Source: Desulfobacterales bacterium (GTDB taxonomy: Bacteria; Desulfobacterota; Desulfobacteria; Desulfobacterales; UBA5852). From it: DNA of 64,000 nt. The notes under the pieces were generated by a model. The model ran no database searches. It had not been told where the DNA came from and saw nothing but the letters and a program-made list of their open reading frames with translations. This document shows positions 1 to 9,949 of this stretch, piece by piece. The stretch lies in the NCBI GenBank assembly GCA_963674755.2, contig CAXXVS010000003.1:192001-256000 (forward strand). Direction: 5' to 3'. Made by a program: the position numbers and the translations under genes. The stretch's first letter is position 1. The number at the start of each line of letters is the position of its first letter.

Positions 1-1
1 G

Positions 2-895
2 GGCGTGGTGATCGCCAACGGGGCTCTGTCCGAGCCTAACCGGCCCCGCTTCGAAGGCACCTTCAGCGGCCGCCTGATGCACGCCGCGGAATACAAGACG
101 CCTGCCATCTTCGAGGACAAACGGGTTTTGATCGTCGGCGCCGGCAACAGCGGCTGCGACATCGTGGTGGATGCCGTGCACCGGGCGCGCTTTGTCGGAT
201 TGAGCGTACGCCGGGGCTACCACTTCGTTCCCAAATACGTCTTCGGTCGCCCGGCGGATACGGTGGGCGGACGCATCAAACTGCCCTTTCCACTGAAGCA
301 GCGCTTGGACAAACTCCTCCTGCGCTGCTTCATCGGCAACCCCCAACGCTTCGGCTTTCCGCGCCCCGACCATGACCTGTACGAGTCCCACCCCGTCGTC
401 AACTCCCTGGTGTTGCACCACCTCGGGCACGGCGATATCACCTTGTTCAAGGACGTGGCCCGGCTGGACGGCGATACGGTCGTCTTTCGGGACGGCACCC
501 GCCAGGCCTTCGATCTGGTGCTGACCGCCACGGGCTACAAGCTGCACTACCCCTTTATCGACCGACGCTACCTCAACTGGCGGGGCGCGGCACCCCACCT
601 CTACCTGAATGCCTTTCATCCCGACGATGACAATCTCTTTATGGCGGGTCTGGTGGAGGCGGCCGGCCTGGGCTGGGAAGGGCGCAACGAACAGGCCGAG
701 CTGATCGCACGCTACATCAAAGGCATCAATGAGCAAACACCGGCCGCCCTGGCTTTCCGCCGGCTGAAGCGCGGCGCCTTTCCGGACATGCGCGGCGGGG
801 TTCGCTATCTCAAGCTCGACCGCATGGCCTACTATGTCCATAAAGACACCTACCGGGCTGCCGTCCGCCGCCACATCCGCGACCTGCAATCCTGA
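2..895 (+). CDS. Flavin-containing monooxygenase (FMO/class B flavoprotein monooxygenase), 5' end outside window
   Basis: FMO fingerprint FxGxxxHxxxYK (FSGRLMHAAEYK), NADPH-binding GAGNSG, and ATGY motif. The frame is open from the window edge. Confidence 0.9.
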   Translation, partial: GVVIANGALSEPNRPRFEGTFSGRLMHAAEYKTPAIFEDKRVLIVGAGNSGCDIVVDAVHRARFVGLSVRRGYHFVPKYVFGRPADTVGGRIKLPFPLKQRLDKLLLRCFIGNPQRFGFPRPDHDLYESHPVVNSLVLHHLGHGDITLFKDVARLDGDTVVFRDGTRQAFDLVLTATGYKLHYPFIDRRYLNWRGAAPHLYLNAFHPDDDNLFMAGLVEAAGLGWEGRNEQAELIARYIKGINEQTPAALAFRRLKRGAFPDMRGGVRYLKLDRMAYYVHKDTYRAAVRRHIRDLQS

Positions 896-1191
896 GCGAA
901 AAACAGTTGCAAATTTTTCCGGGCCTGCTATTATGGTCTTATGCTCAATACTTGCATGTCGTCTTGAGCGCTTGGCATCTCTCCTCCAGACGCGGCATCG
1001 GTCGCCGATTTGGCACCTATGCCGCGTTCCTATCTTCAGGCCGGCCCCCGAAGCCCTTCGTCGAAGGCGCGTGACAGTGACGGACAAACCCGTTATGGTA
1101 GCCCGTTCTTGAAATTGAAAAGAGGCGCCCCGGCGGGGCACCCGCCGGAGCAAGCTGGAAACCGCCTATTGACGCAGGAAGGGAGACACAC

Positions 1192-2691
1192 ATGGGAAGA
1201 TTCGAAGAATACGATCGCCACGACGCCCTGGGATTGGCCGAATGCGTCCGTCGGGGCGACGTCACGGCCGGAGAGCTCTGTGAAGAAGTCATTCAGCGCA
1301 TCGAAAAGATCAATCCGCAGCTCAATGCCGTGATTACCCCCATGTTCGAGATTGCCCGCGAAACCGGGCGCCAACCGCCGGCGGAGGGACCGTTCGCCGG
1401 GGTGCCGTTTCTGCTCAAAGACCTGCTGCTGGCCTATCGCGGGGTACCCATGGCCAGCGGCTGCCGGGTCTATCGCGATTATAAGCCGGACTATGACAGC
1501 ACCATGGTGGCCCGCTACAAACAGGCCGGCTTGAATATTCTCGGCAAGACGAACGCGCCCGAGTTCGGGTTGATGGGCATCACCGAACCGGAGGCCTTCG
1601 GCCCCTGCCGCAATCCCTGGAACACGAACCATACGCCCGGCGGCTCCAGCGGGGGCAGCGCCGCGGCCGTTGCGGCCGGCATGCTCCCCATGGCCGCCGG
1701 GGGCGACGGGGGCGGCAGCATCCGCATTCCGGCGGCCTACTGCGGCCTTTTCGGCCTGAAGCCCTCCCGGGGGCGCAATCCCAGCGGACCCCACCACGGC
1801 CGGGTCTGGCAGGGGGCGGTGCAGGAGCATGTGATTTCCCGCTCGGTGCGCGACAGCGCCGCGGCGCTGGATGCCACCCAGGGCGCCGATACGGGAGCCC
1901 CATACGAGATTCGCCGGCCGGCCCGACCCTATCTGGAAGAAGTTGGGCAGGACCCCGGCAAGCTGAAGATCGGCTTTACCACCACCTCCCCCATCGGCAC
2001 CCCGGTCCACCCGGACTGCGCGGAGGCCGTGACGGCAACGGCCCGTCTGCTGGAAGAACTGGGCCACCGGGTGGAGGAAACGGAAACCGGCGTCGACGGC
2101 CAGGCCCTGGCCAACAGCTACCTGGCCCTCTATTTCGGTGAAATGGCGGCCGATCTGGAAGAAATGCGGACCTACCTCGGACGCAAAGTGACGCCCCGCG
2201 ACGTGGAACCCCTGACCTACATGCTGGCCTTGTTGGGTCAAAGCTATTCATCCGGGTCGTTTGTGCAGGCCATGCGCTGCTGGGATACTGCCGCCCGGCA
2301 AATGGGCCGCTTTTTTGAATCCTACGATCTTTTCCTGACGCCAACCACGGCTTTCCCGCCCGCCGAAATCGGCACCTTGCAGCCCTCTGGAGCGGAAAAA
2401 ACGCTAATGACCGTCGTCAACAAGCTGGGGCTGGGCGGCCTGCTCAAAGCCTCGGGCATTGTGGATCAACTGGCCCGGAAAAGCCTGGAGCGTACGCCCT
2501 TCACCCAGTTGGCTAACCTGACCGGTCTTCCTGCCATGTCGGTGCCCCTTTTCTGGAGCGACGACAACCTGCCCTGCGGCTCCCATTTTATGGCGCCCTT
2601 CGGCGAGGAAGCCCGTCTGTTCCGGCTGGCCGCCCAACTGGAACAGGCCCGGCCCTGGTTCGATAAACGACCGGCCGTTTGGGCCGGCTGA
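1192..2691 (+). CDS. Amidase signature family amidase
   Basis: GVPFLLKD (catalytic Lys), [11 protein letters not shown] and [11 protein letters not shown] (Ser-cisSer-Lys triad); GGGAG RBS upstream. Confidence 0.93.
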   Translation: MGRFEEYDRHDALGLAECVRRGDVTAGELCEEVIQRIEKINPQLNAVITPMFEIARETGRQPPAEGPFAGVPFLLKDLLLAYRGVPMASGCRVYRDYKPDYDSTMVARYKQAGLNILGKTNAPEFGLMGITEPEAFGPCRNPWNTNHTPGGSSGGSAAAVAAGMLPMAAGGDGGGSIRIPAAYCGLFGLKPSRGRNPSGPHHGRVWQGAVQEHVISRSVRDSAAALDATQGADTGAPYEIRRPARPYLEEVGQDPGKLKIGFTTTSPIGTPVHPDCAEAVTATARLLEELGHRVEETETGVDGQALANSYLALYFGEMAADLEEMRTYLGRKVTPRDVEPLTYMLALLGQSYSSGSFVQAMRCWDTAARQMGRFFESYDLFLTPTTAFPPAEIGTLQPSGAEKTLMTVVNKLGLGGLLKASGIVDQLARKSLERTPFTQLANLTGLPAMSVPLFWSDDNLPCGSHFMAPFGEEARLFRLAAQLEQARPWFDKRPAVWAG

Positions 2692-2734
2692 GGCCCGCTG
2701 GCCGCCGTCCTCATTATCCGCTAACACACATTCG

Positions 2735-2994
2735 GTTGAATCCCCTTTGCGCGAAGACAAGGGGATTCAACATACCCTGCGGCGCCCGGGCCCCCAATTC
2801 ACACAGGCTCGGTGTACCCTCCCAGCGGTCACGCCCTTTCGGCACCTTTCAGCATCGGCGGGACGGACGGATTAAAGCACGCGGACTGCTTGTCCGCCGA
2901 AGGCTTGCCGCAGGCGGGACGGAATACGAGCGTTTGAAGCCTGTCACGCCGAGGCGTGATTGCTTTCATTTTCTTGCACGTGCAAGAAAATGAA
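2735..2994. repeat. Hairpin-rich intergenic element (MITE/REP-like remnant or structured RNA)
   Basis: 13-bp inverted repeat GTTGAATCCCCTT/AAGGGGATTCAAC (2735-2771); TCACGCC-GA-GGCGTGA (2944-2959); perfect 30-bp palindrome TTCATTTTCTTGCACGTGCAAGAAAATGAA (2965-2994). Confidence 0.5.
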
Positions 2995-3090
2995 GAATCC
3001 GCTTGCAAAAACGCTCCCCGGATCGGTCGAACCTCTCCGGGTCCTCCACCAGAGGTGAACGGTTTAGATCAAAACTGAAGAGGGATTGAT

Positions 3091-3570
3091 ATGCACCGCT
3101 ATTTTCTGCGCCACGCCGTACGTTGCCCATTCAACCGAAGCATTCTGCCTCTGACTGCCGCGGCTCTGATTTTTTTCGCCGCCTGCACACCTCGGCCCCC
3201 AACCGCCGCCTTCGACCCCCGAACCTGCCTGGACATCATTCCGGAGCATGTGGACGGTCTTCAAATTCTGGCCGGCCCGCGATCTGTCCGCAATATCATC
3301 CGGGACATGGTGCCGCCGGTCTGCAGCGGCCGCGCGCTTTTTCGGTCCATGCAGGCCCGGGACCCGGGACTCGGCCCCGGCATGGTGGTCTTCCGTGTGG
3401 CGGTAGAATACACCGGCGAGGTCGCGGCCGTGTCGGTAGTGGAAACCACCATCGGATCGGACGCCTTTCTGCGAAAACTGCGCGACTTCATCATGGATGC
3501 GGATTTCACCCCCTGGGCCCGCAGCGACGAAGACAGCCTTTTCATCTATCCGGTCCGCTTCGGTCCTTGA
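3091..3570 (+). CDS. Lipoprotein with TonB-C/AgmX-PglI-like C-terminal domain
   Basis: Lipobox-like FFAAC after a hydrophobic stretch; C-terminus GMVVFRVAVEYTGEV...IYPVRF fits the TonB-C-like pattern. Confidence 0.6.
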   Translation: MHRYFLRHAVRCPFNRSILPLTAAALIFFAACTPRPPTAAFDPRTCLDIIPEHVDGLQILAGPRSVRNIIRDMVPPVCSGRALFRSMQARDPGLGPGMVVFRVAVEYTGEVAAVSVVETTIGSDAFLRKLRDFIMDADFTPWARSDEDSLFIYPVRFGP

Positions 3571-3670
3571 GACTGCCGGTCGTCTTCTCATCCAGGGACA
3601 ATAAAAGAGGAGGCGCGTGTTGACACACCTCCTCTCAATCAATCCTTCCGTTCCCGGTCGATCCGGCAGT

Positions 3671-5368
3671 TTACAACCGCCGGAGAATCTTCACCGCCTG
3701 TTGGGACACATACGCTTTTCCGGTCGCCGGGGCGTAGACCGTCAATCCGGGCAGCTGAATGCTGCGGGTCCTGCCCTTGTGCTCGATCAACATGATGTCT
3801 TTGCTGACCGGCAGTTTGGCACCCTTGACCAGCAGGACCGGATTGGTCGGATCCGATTCATCGATGTGGAACGCCAACCCCGCATCCTCGAGATCGACAT
3901 AGAGATAATCCGATGCTTTCGCCAGATCGGCCCCCATGGCATCGGCCGCCATGTAGGCTAGATCCGTATTGTCGATAATGCCCACCGGCGCGTCGGCACC
4001 CTGGATCCAAACCGGAACGGTTTCGCCATTGTGGCCGTGGGTGGTCCAGCCGATGACCGTATAATTGTTGCTGAGAACCCGTGCCAGGGCATACGCCAGG
4101 CCCACGGTGGGTTCAAGGCTGCGGATCGCGGCCACGTCGTCGTCCGTTATGTCCAGGCGCCAGTATTGGGCGACTTTGGCCTTCAGCTCCGCATCGCTGT
4201 CGTTTTCCAGCATCGCCACCAAACCGACCGAAGAGATGGTCATGCCCTGGAGAGGCGCCACCAGATCCTCGATCTTGGTTTCCGTGTAATCCACCGCGGT
4301 GGTGTAGTGGCCGATCTTCATGCCGCCCGTGTTGTGGTCCGGGAAGGCCAGCACGAGGGTGCGTCCGTCGGTTTCGGCAAAATCACAGGCCACTTTGACG
4401 GCATCGTCGAAGGCGATGAAATCCCTGACCATATAGATCGGGTCGTTGTTGTGGCCGGCCCAGTCCACCTGGGAACCTTCCACCATCAAGAAGAAGCCGT
4501 CCTTGTCCTGGGAGAGAAGCTCGACGGCTTTGGCCGTCATCTCGGCCAAGGACGGTTCGTGCTCCGCAAAGTACGGGCGGTCCATGTCCGGCTGCATATG
4601 GCTGTCGTCGAACATGCCCCACACCGGACCCTCCCGCAGGGCCAGCATGTCATCCCGGTTGTCCACAAAGGCATAGCCGCGCTCCTGGAGGACCCCCAGC
4701 AGGTTTTCCCCGTCCGTGCGCTTGCCGCCCCATTCGTCACCAAAGGTGGTCGTGTAGCTTTCGCCGCTCGGGATCAGATGGCGGGCTCCCCCGCCGAAGA
4801 CGACGTCTACATTGTTGTATACCATGTGCTCCATGATCTCGTTGTCCCAGCCGCGGTCTTCAATATGGCAGGCAAAGGCGGCCGGGGTGGCGTGGGTGAC
4901 CCGTGAGGTGGCCACGATCCCCGTGGCTTTGCCTTTGAGTTGGGCCGCTTCCAAAATGCTGGCCACCGGGGCATAGGGTGCCGCCGTGGGTTCGAACCCG
5001 GTCAGCAGGTCCGCGGTGCGTGGCCCCACGCCGAGAAATCGCACGGTGGTTTTGTGCCCGGTGGCGAACGCCGTTGCGGCTGCCGCCGAACCGGTGATGA
5101 TCGAATTGGCCATGTGGATCTTCACGCCGCCCCCCACCATGCGGTCCACCTGCAGATCTTCGCCTTTATACCAACGGGCGACGGTCTGCACGGTTTCATC
5201 GCATCCGTCGGGAATCATGACGATAACATTCCGGAAGCCGCCATGGCGGTGTCCTTCGCGCAGTCCCTTGTCCTTGCCGTTGAACCCCATAGCGCCGGGA
5301 GCCGCCATAAACATCATGACCGCCAGCACCAGGGCCGTAATCGCCGTTGCTGTTCTTCTTCTGTACAT
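3671..5368 (-). CDS. phoA: Alkaline phosphatase (PhoA family), secreted
   Basis: Signal peptide; NVIVMIPDG, TGSAAAATA (catalytic Ser), HATPAAF, EGSQVDWAGH, DH and GH metal-ligand motifs. Start chosen at the ATG 5368 with GGAGG RBS. Confidence 0.9.
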   Translation of the reverse strand: MYRRRTATAITALVLAVMMFMAAPGAMGFNGKDKGLREGHRHGGFRNVIVMIPDGCDETVQTVARWYKGEDLQVDRMVGGGVKIHMANSIITGSAAAATAFATGHKTTVRFLGVGPRTADLLTGFEPTAAPYAPVASILEAAQLKGKATGIVATSRVTHATPAAFACHIEDRGWDNEIMEHMVYNNVDVVFGGGARHLIPSGESYTTTFGDEWGGKRTDGENLLGVLQERGYAFVDNRDDMLALREGPVWGMFDDSHMQPDMDRPYFAEHEPSLAEMTAKAVELLSQDKDGFFLMVEGSQVDWAGHNNDPIYMVRDFIAFDDAVKVACDFAETDGRTLVLAFPDHNTGGMKIGHYTTAVDYTETKIEDLVAPLQGMTISSVGLVAMLENDSDAELKAKVAQYWRLDITDDDVAAIRSLEPTVGLAYALARVLSNNYTVIGWTTHGHNGETVPVWIQGADAPVGIIDNTDLAYMAADAMGADLAKASDYLYVDLEDAGLAFHIDESDPTNPVLLVKGAKLPVSKDIMLIEHKGRTRSIQLPGLTVYAPATGKAYVSQQAVKILRRL

Positions 5369-5518
5369 CCTCGTGCCTCCTCTCTCAGGTTGAACTGCCA
5401 TTGGGTGGCGCCCCGATCAGGACGCACACGTCCCGGGGGCCTTTGACTGATAAAAATCCCTGGGGAATGAACTGCCCCGCCGCAAACGGCGGGATTGGGG
5501 GAAGGATGGCGAACGGGA

Positions 5519-5556
5519 ATTAAGTGCCCATTACAGGCCGGTTAGAAAATCGTGAG
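5519..5556 (-). promoter_or_regulatory. Pho-box-like direct-repeat array upstream of phoA
   Basis: On the minus strand CTCAC-N6-CTAAC-N6-GTAAT-N6-TTAAT: four half-sites at an exact 11-bp period, typical of PhoB/OmpR-family sites. Confidence 0.55.
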
Positions 5557-5572
5557 AGGGTGTGCCGACGGT

Positions 5573-5601
5573 TTGACATCGAGACCAAAATGGCCCATCT
5601 T
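5573..5601 (+). promoter_or_regulatory. Putative sigma70 promoter of RND operon
   Basis: TTGACA-17 bp-CATCTT about 40 bp upstream of the MFP start. Confidence 0.35.
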
Positions 5602-5640
5602 TACGATTCAAATGTTCATTTAAATTCGTGGTGAACCAAG

Positions 5641-6777
5641 ATGCGCATGTGGAAAAAAGTCTTGCTGGCCTTTTGCGGCGTATTGCTGGTGGCAGGCTTA
5701 TTGGGCGGCATCAAATTCTTGCAGATCGACCGCATGATCGCCCAGGGCAAAGCGTTTGTTCCGCCCCCGGCCACCGTGACCGCCACTGCCGTGACCGCCG
5801 CCACCTGGGAGCAACGGCTGACGGCGGTGGGGTCCCTCGACGCGGTGCAGGGGGTGACCGTTACGGCCGAATTGAGCGGCAAGGTGGCCCATATCGCTTT
5901 CGAACCGGGAAGCTATGTCAAGGCCGGGGATCTGCTGTTGCAGCAGGACGTATCCTCCGAATCCGCCCAACTGCGGTCCGACGAGGCCACCCTGGCGCTG
6001 AAAAAGGCTAACTACGAACGCTCCAAGGAGCTGTTGGCCCAAAAGGTGGCCACCCGGGCTACCTACGACCAGGCCCTGGCCGAATACCGGCAGGCCCAGG
6101 CGGGCATCGACAGCATTCGCTCCGTCATCGCCAAGAAAACCATCCGCGCCCCCTTTGCCGGACGGTTGGGGATCCGGCTGGTCAATTTGGGACAGAATCT
6201 GGAAGGGGGCCAACCCATCGTATCCCTCCAGTCCCTGGACCCGATCTTCGTCAACTTTTCCCTGCCCCAGGAGGATGTGGCCCGGATCCAGCCGGGTCTT
6301 ACCGTCCGCGTTGCCACCGACGCCCTGCCCGGTGAAGAGATCGAAGGCCGGATCACGGCCATCAACCCCCAGGTGGACGAGGCCACGCGCAATATCCGCA
6401 TCCAGGCCACGGTGGAAAATCTTCAGGAACGGCTGCGGCCCGGCATGTACGCCACCGTAAGTGTCATCCTGCCCGACAAGAACGCGGTCCTGGTGATTCC
6501 CACCACGGCGGTGCTCTACGCACCTTACAGCGATTCGGTCTTCGTCTTGGAGGAGACGCCTTCCGAGGGCCAAAATTCTTCCGACCTGAAGATTCGCCAG
6601 CAGTTTGTCCGTCTGGGCGAACAGCGTGGCGACTTCGTGGCGGTGGTCTCGGGCCTCAAACAGGGGGACACCGTGGTGAGCACAGGCGTGTTCAAATACC
6701 GCAACGGGCAAAATGTCGTCGTGGACAATACCCTGGAACCGGAGTTCCGTTTGTCGCCCAACCCCCAGGACCGGTAA
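5641..6777 (+). CDS. RND efflux periplasmic adaptor (MFP) subunit
   Basis: N-terminal anchor, lipoyl half-motifs, IRAPFAGRLG, LRPGM; directly upstream of an RND permease. Confidence 0.93.
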   Translation: MRMWKKVLLAFCGVLLVAGLLGGIKFLQIDRMIAQGKAFVPPPATVTATAVTAATWEQRLTAVGSLDAVQGVTVTAELSGKVAHIAFEPGSYVKAGDLLLQQDVSSESAQLRSDEATLALKKANYERSKELLAQKVATRATYDQALAEYRQAQAGIDSIRSVIAKKTIRAPFAGRLGIRLVNLGQNLEGGQPIVSLQSLDPIFVNFSLPQEDVARIQPGLTVRVATDALPGEEIEGRITAINPQVDEATRNIRIQATVENLQERLRPGMYATVSVILPDKNAVLVIPTTAVLYAPYSDSVFVLEETPSEGQNSSDLKIRQQFVRLGEQRGDFVAVVSGLKQGDTVVSTGVFKYRNGQNVVVDNTLEPEFRLSPNPQDR

Positions 6778-6857
6778 GGGGCCTGCCCCGTCGAATTTCG
6801 TGAAAAAAAACCGCTGCCCACGATAACGCACCACCTGCTTCTTGAGCGAAATGTTGT

Positions 6858-9800
6858 ATGAAATTCACTGACATCTTCATCCGGCGCCCCATCCTGGCCC
6901 TGGTCATCAACCTCGTGATCATTATTGCCGGCCTGCAGGCCATCCGGTCCCTCAATGTCCGCCAGTACCCCCGCAGCGACAATGCCTCCGTGACGGTGAC
7001 CACCATCTATGTGGGCGCCAATGCGGATCTCGTGCGCGGGTTCATCACCACGCCCCTGGAGCGCGCCATCGCCGCCGCCGACGGAATCGACTACATCAAA
7101 TCCGAAAGCCGCCTGGGCCTTTCCACCATCACCGTGCGGCTGAAGCTGAACTACGATCCCATCAAGGCCCTCTCGGAAATCAGCTCCAAGGTGGACCAGG
7201 TGCGGGGCGACCTGCCGCCGGAGGCCGAGGTGCCCATCATCAATGTGGAGTCCGCCGACAGCCAATTCGCCTCGGCCTACCTGAGCTTCACCTCGGATGT
7301 CCTCAAACAGAACGAGATCACCGACTACCTGGTGCGCGCCGTGCAGCCCCAGCTCTCGGCCCTGGAAGGCGTCCAGCGGGCGGACATCCTGGGAGCCCGC
7401 ACCTTTGCCATGCGCATCTGGCTGAAGCCCGAACGCATGGCCGCCTATCACATCAGTCCCGTCGAGGTGCGCCAGGCCCTGGCAGCCAACAACTTCCTGG
7501 CGGCCGTGGGCCAGACCAAGGGGTCCCTGGTCCAGGTCAACCTGATCGCCAATACCGACCTGCGCTCGGTGGAGGAATTCAAACAACTGGCCATCCGCCA
7601 GCAAGGTGGTGCCATCGTCCGCCTGCAGGATATCGCGGACGTCGAACTGGGGGCCGAAAATTACGACGCCCAGGTCCGTTTCTCCGGACAGACGGCGGTC
7701 TTCATGGGCATCTGGGCCCTGCCCAACGCCAACTCGCTCGACGTCATCAGCCGGGTCCGCACGGCCATGGAGGCCGTTCAGAACCGCCTGCCCAGCGGCT
7801 TGCAGGCCCGCATTGCCTACGATGCCACCGACTATATCCGCAATGCCATTCACGAAGTCGTCAAGACCCTGAGTGAAACCCTCCTGATCGTCATCGTGAT
7901 CATTTTCCTTTTCCTGGGATCCCTGCGCTCGGCCGTCATCCCGGTGGTGGCGATCCCCCTGTCCCTCATTGGCGGCGTGTTTCTCATGCAGGTCTTCGGG
8001 TTCACCATCAACCTGCTGACCCTGCTGGCCATCGTCCTGTCGGTGGGACTGGTGGTGGATGATGCCATCGTGGTGGTGGAAAATGTCGAACGGCATCTGC
8101 ATGAGGGCCAGTCACCGATGCAGGCCGCCATCCTGGGGGCCCGGGAACTCGTCAGCCCGCTGATCTCCATGACCATTACCCTGGCGGCGGTCTATGCCCC
8201 CATCGGCCTGCAAGGCGGTCTGACCGGCTCCCTGTTCCGCGAATTCGCCTTCACCCTGGCCGGAGCCGTCGTCATCTCCGGCATCGTCGCCATCACCCTC
8301 TCGCCCATGATGGCCTCCCGGCTCTTGCGCAAAGGCATGTCCGAAAAGGGGTTTGCAGGCAAAATCAACCGGGATTTCGACCGCCTGCGCGGGCGCTACG
8401 GCCAGCTGCTGGATGCCACCCTCGACGCCCGTCCGGCGGTCTACGTGGTCTGGATCGCCATCAGCCTGCTGGCCATCCCCATGTACCGCATGTCGGCCAA
8501 AGAGCTGGCCCCCAAAGAGGACCAGGGCATCCTTTTCGGCATCGTCGAAGCGGCCGCCAATTCCACCCTGGACCAGACCAGCCGCTATACCGCCGCCGCC
8601 AACGATATCTTCTTCCAGACCCCGGAAACGGATTTCTCCTTCCAGGTGACCCAGCCCTCGTCGGGATTCGCCGGCATGGTGGTCAAACCCTGGGACGAGC
8701 GGGAGCGCACCATCGAGGAGATCCTGCCGGAAGTGCAGGGCAAACTCGGCACCATCCCGGGCATCCGCATGTTCGCCACCACGCCCTCGGCCCTTCCCGG
8801 CGGGGGGCAGTTCCCGGTGGAATTTGTTATCGCCTCCACGGCGGAGCCCGATCAGATTCTGGCGTTTGCCCAGCAGATCCAGCGCAAGGCGATGGCAAGC
8901 GGCATGTTCGCCTTTCCTCCCATCATCGACCTCAAGATCGACCAGCCCCAGTCCGAACTGATCATCGACCGGGACAAAACAGCCGATCTGAACTTGAGTC
9001 TCGAACAGGTGGGCAACGACATCGCCTCCATGATGGGCGGCAACTACGTCAATCGCTTCAACATCGCTGGACGCAGCTACAAGGTCATCCCCCAGATCAA
9101 ACGCATCGATCGCCTCACCCCGGGCCAGTTGAAAAACATTTACGTCACCGGCCCGGACGGCGGGCTGATCCCCCTCAGCACCATCGCCACCCTCCGCAAC
9201 GAGACGGTGCCCCGCGCGCTGCTGCGTTTCCAACAGCTCAACGCCGTCACCATCAGCGGCGTTGCGGTGCGCCCGCTGGACGAGGCCCTGCGTTTTCTCG
9301 AGGACCAGGCCGCCCAGATCCTGCCCAAGGGCTACGTGCTGGACTATACCGGAGAGTCGCGTCAGCTGCGGGTCGAGGGCAACACCTTTATCCAGGCCTT
9401 CACCCTGGCGGTCATCCTCATCTTCCTGGTGCTGGCGGCCCAGTTCAACAGCTTCCGGGACCCCTTCGTCATCCTGGCCGGATCGGTGCCCCTGGCCATG
9501 TTCGGGGCCCTGGTGTTCACCTTCCTCAAAATGCCCGACCCCAACGTAGCCTTCTGGACCAAGGGCTGGACCACGACCCTCAACATCTACTCCCAGGTGG
9601 GCCTGGTGACCCTGGTGGGTCTGGTGTCCAAAAACGGCATCCTGATCGTGGAGTTCGCCAACAAGCTCCAGGAAACCGGCTTGAGCAAACGCCGGGCCGT
9701 GCACCAGGCGGCCCTGACCCGCCTGCGGCCCATCCTCATGACCACCGGCGCCACCATCGCCGGCCATTTCCCCCTGGTGCTGGTGAGCGGGGCCGGAGCC

Positions 9801-9941
9801 GCGGCCCGCAACTCCATCGGTCTCGTCCTGGTGGGCGGCATGGCCATCGGCACCTTGTTCACCCTCTTCGTGGTCCCCTCGATCTACATGCTGGTAGCCC
9901 GCGACCACTCCATCAAAGCCCAGCCCGAGGTGGACGTCTAA
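6858..9941 (+). CDS. RND efflux permease (AcrB/AcrD/AcrF; MexW/MexI-like)
   Basis: 1027 aa; FIRRP start, GLVVDDAIVVVEN, KNGILIVEFAN, RLRPILMT. Confidence 0.95.
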   Translation: MKFTDIFIRRPILALVINLVIIIAGLQAIRSLNVRQYPRSDNASVTVTTIYVGANADLVRGFITTPLERAIAAADGIDYIKSESRLGLSTITVRLKLNYDPIKALSEISSKVDQVRGDLPPEAEVPIINVESADSQFASAYLSFTSDVLKQNEITDYLVRAVQPQLSALEGVQRADILGARTFAMRIWLKPERMAAYHISPVEVRQALAANNFLAAVGQTKGSLVQVNLIANTDLRSVEEFKQLAIRQQGGAIVRLQDIADVELGAENYDAQVRFSGQTAVFMGIWALPNANSLDVISRVRTAMEAVQNRLPSGLQARIAYDATDYIRNAIHEVVKTLSETLLIVIVIIFLFLGSLRSAVIPVVAIPLSLIGGVFLMQVFGFTINLLTLLAIVLSVGLVVDDAIVVVENVERHLHEGQSPMQAAILGARELVSPLISMTITLAAVYAPIGLQGGLTGSLFREFAFTLAGAVVISGIVAITLSPMMASRLLRKGMSEKGFAGKINRDFDRLRGRYGQLLDATLDARPAVYVVWIAISLLAIPMYRMSAKELAPKEDQGILFGIVEAAANSTLDQTSRYTAAANDIFFQTPETDFSFQVTQPSSGFAGMVVKPWDERERTIEEILPEVQGKLGTIPGIRMFATTPSALPGGGQFPVEFVIASTAEPDQILAFAQQIQRKAMASGMFAFPPIIDLKIDQPQSELIIDRDKTADLNLSLEQVGNDIASMMGGNYVNRFNIAGRSYKVIPQIKRIDRLTPGQLKNIYVTGPDGGLIPLSTIATLRNETVPRALLRFQQLNAVTISGVAVRPLDEALRFLEDQAAQILPKGYVLDYTGESRQLRVEGNTFIQAFTLAVILIFLVLAAQFNSFRDPFVILAGSVPLAMFGALVFTFLKMPDPNVAFWTKGWTTTLNIYSQVGLVTLVGLVSKNGILIVEFANKLQETGLSKRRAVHQAALTRLRPILMTTGATIAGHFPLVLVSGAGAAARNSIGLVLVGGMAIGTLFTLFVVPSIYMLVARDHSIKAQPEVDV

Positions 9942-9949
9942 TCCTGATA

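Noticed and set aside
1011..1025. Sigma54 promoter TGGCAC-N-CCGC upstream of the amidase
   Set aside because: The -12 element lacks TTGC; too weak to call.
3010..3052. tRNA/tmRNA 3' end (…CTCCACCA)
   Set aside because: No T-arm consensus, acceptor stem or cloverleaf could be built.
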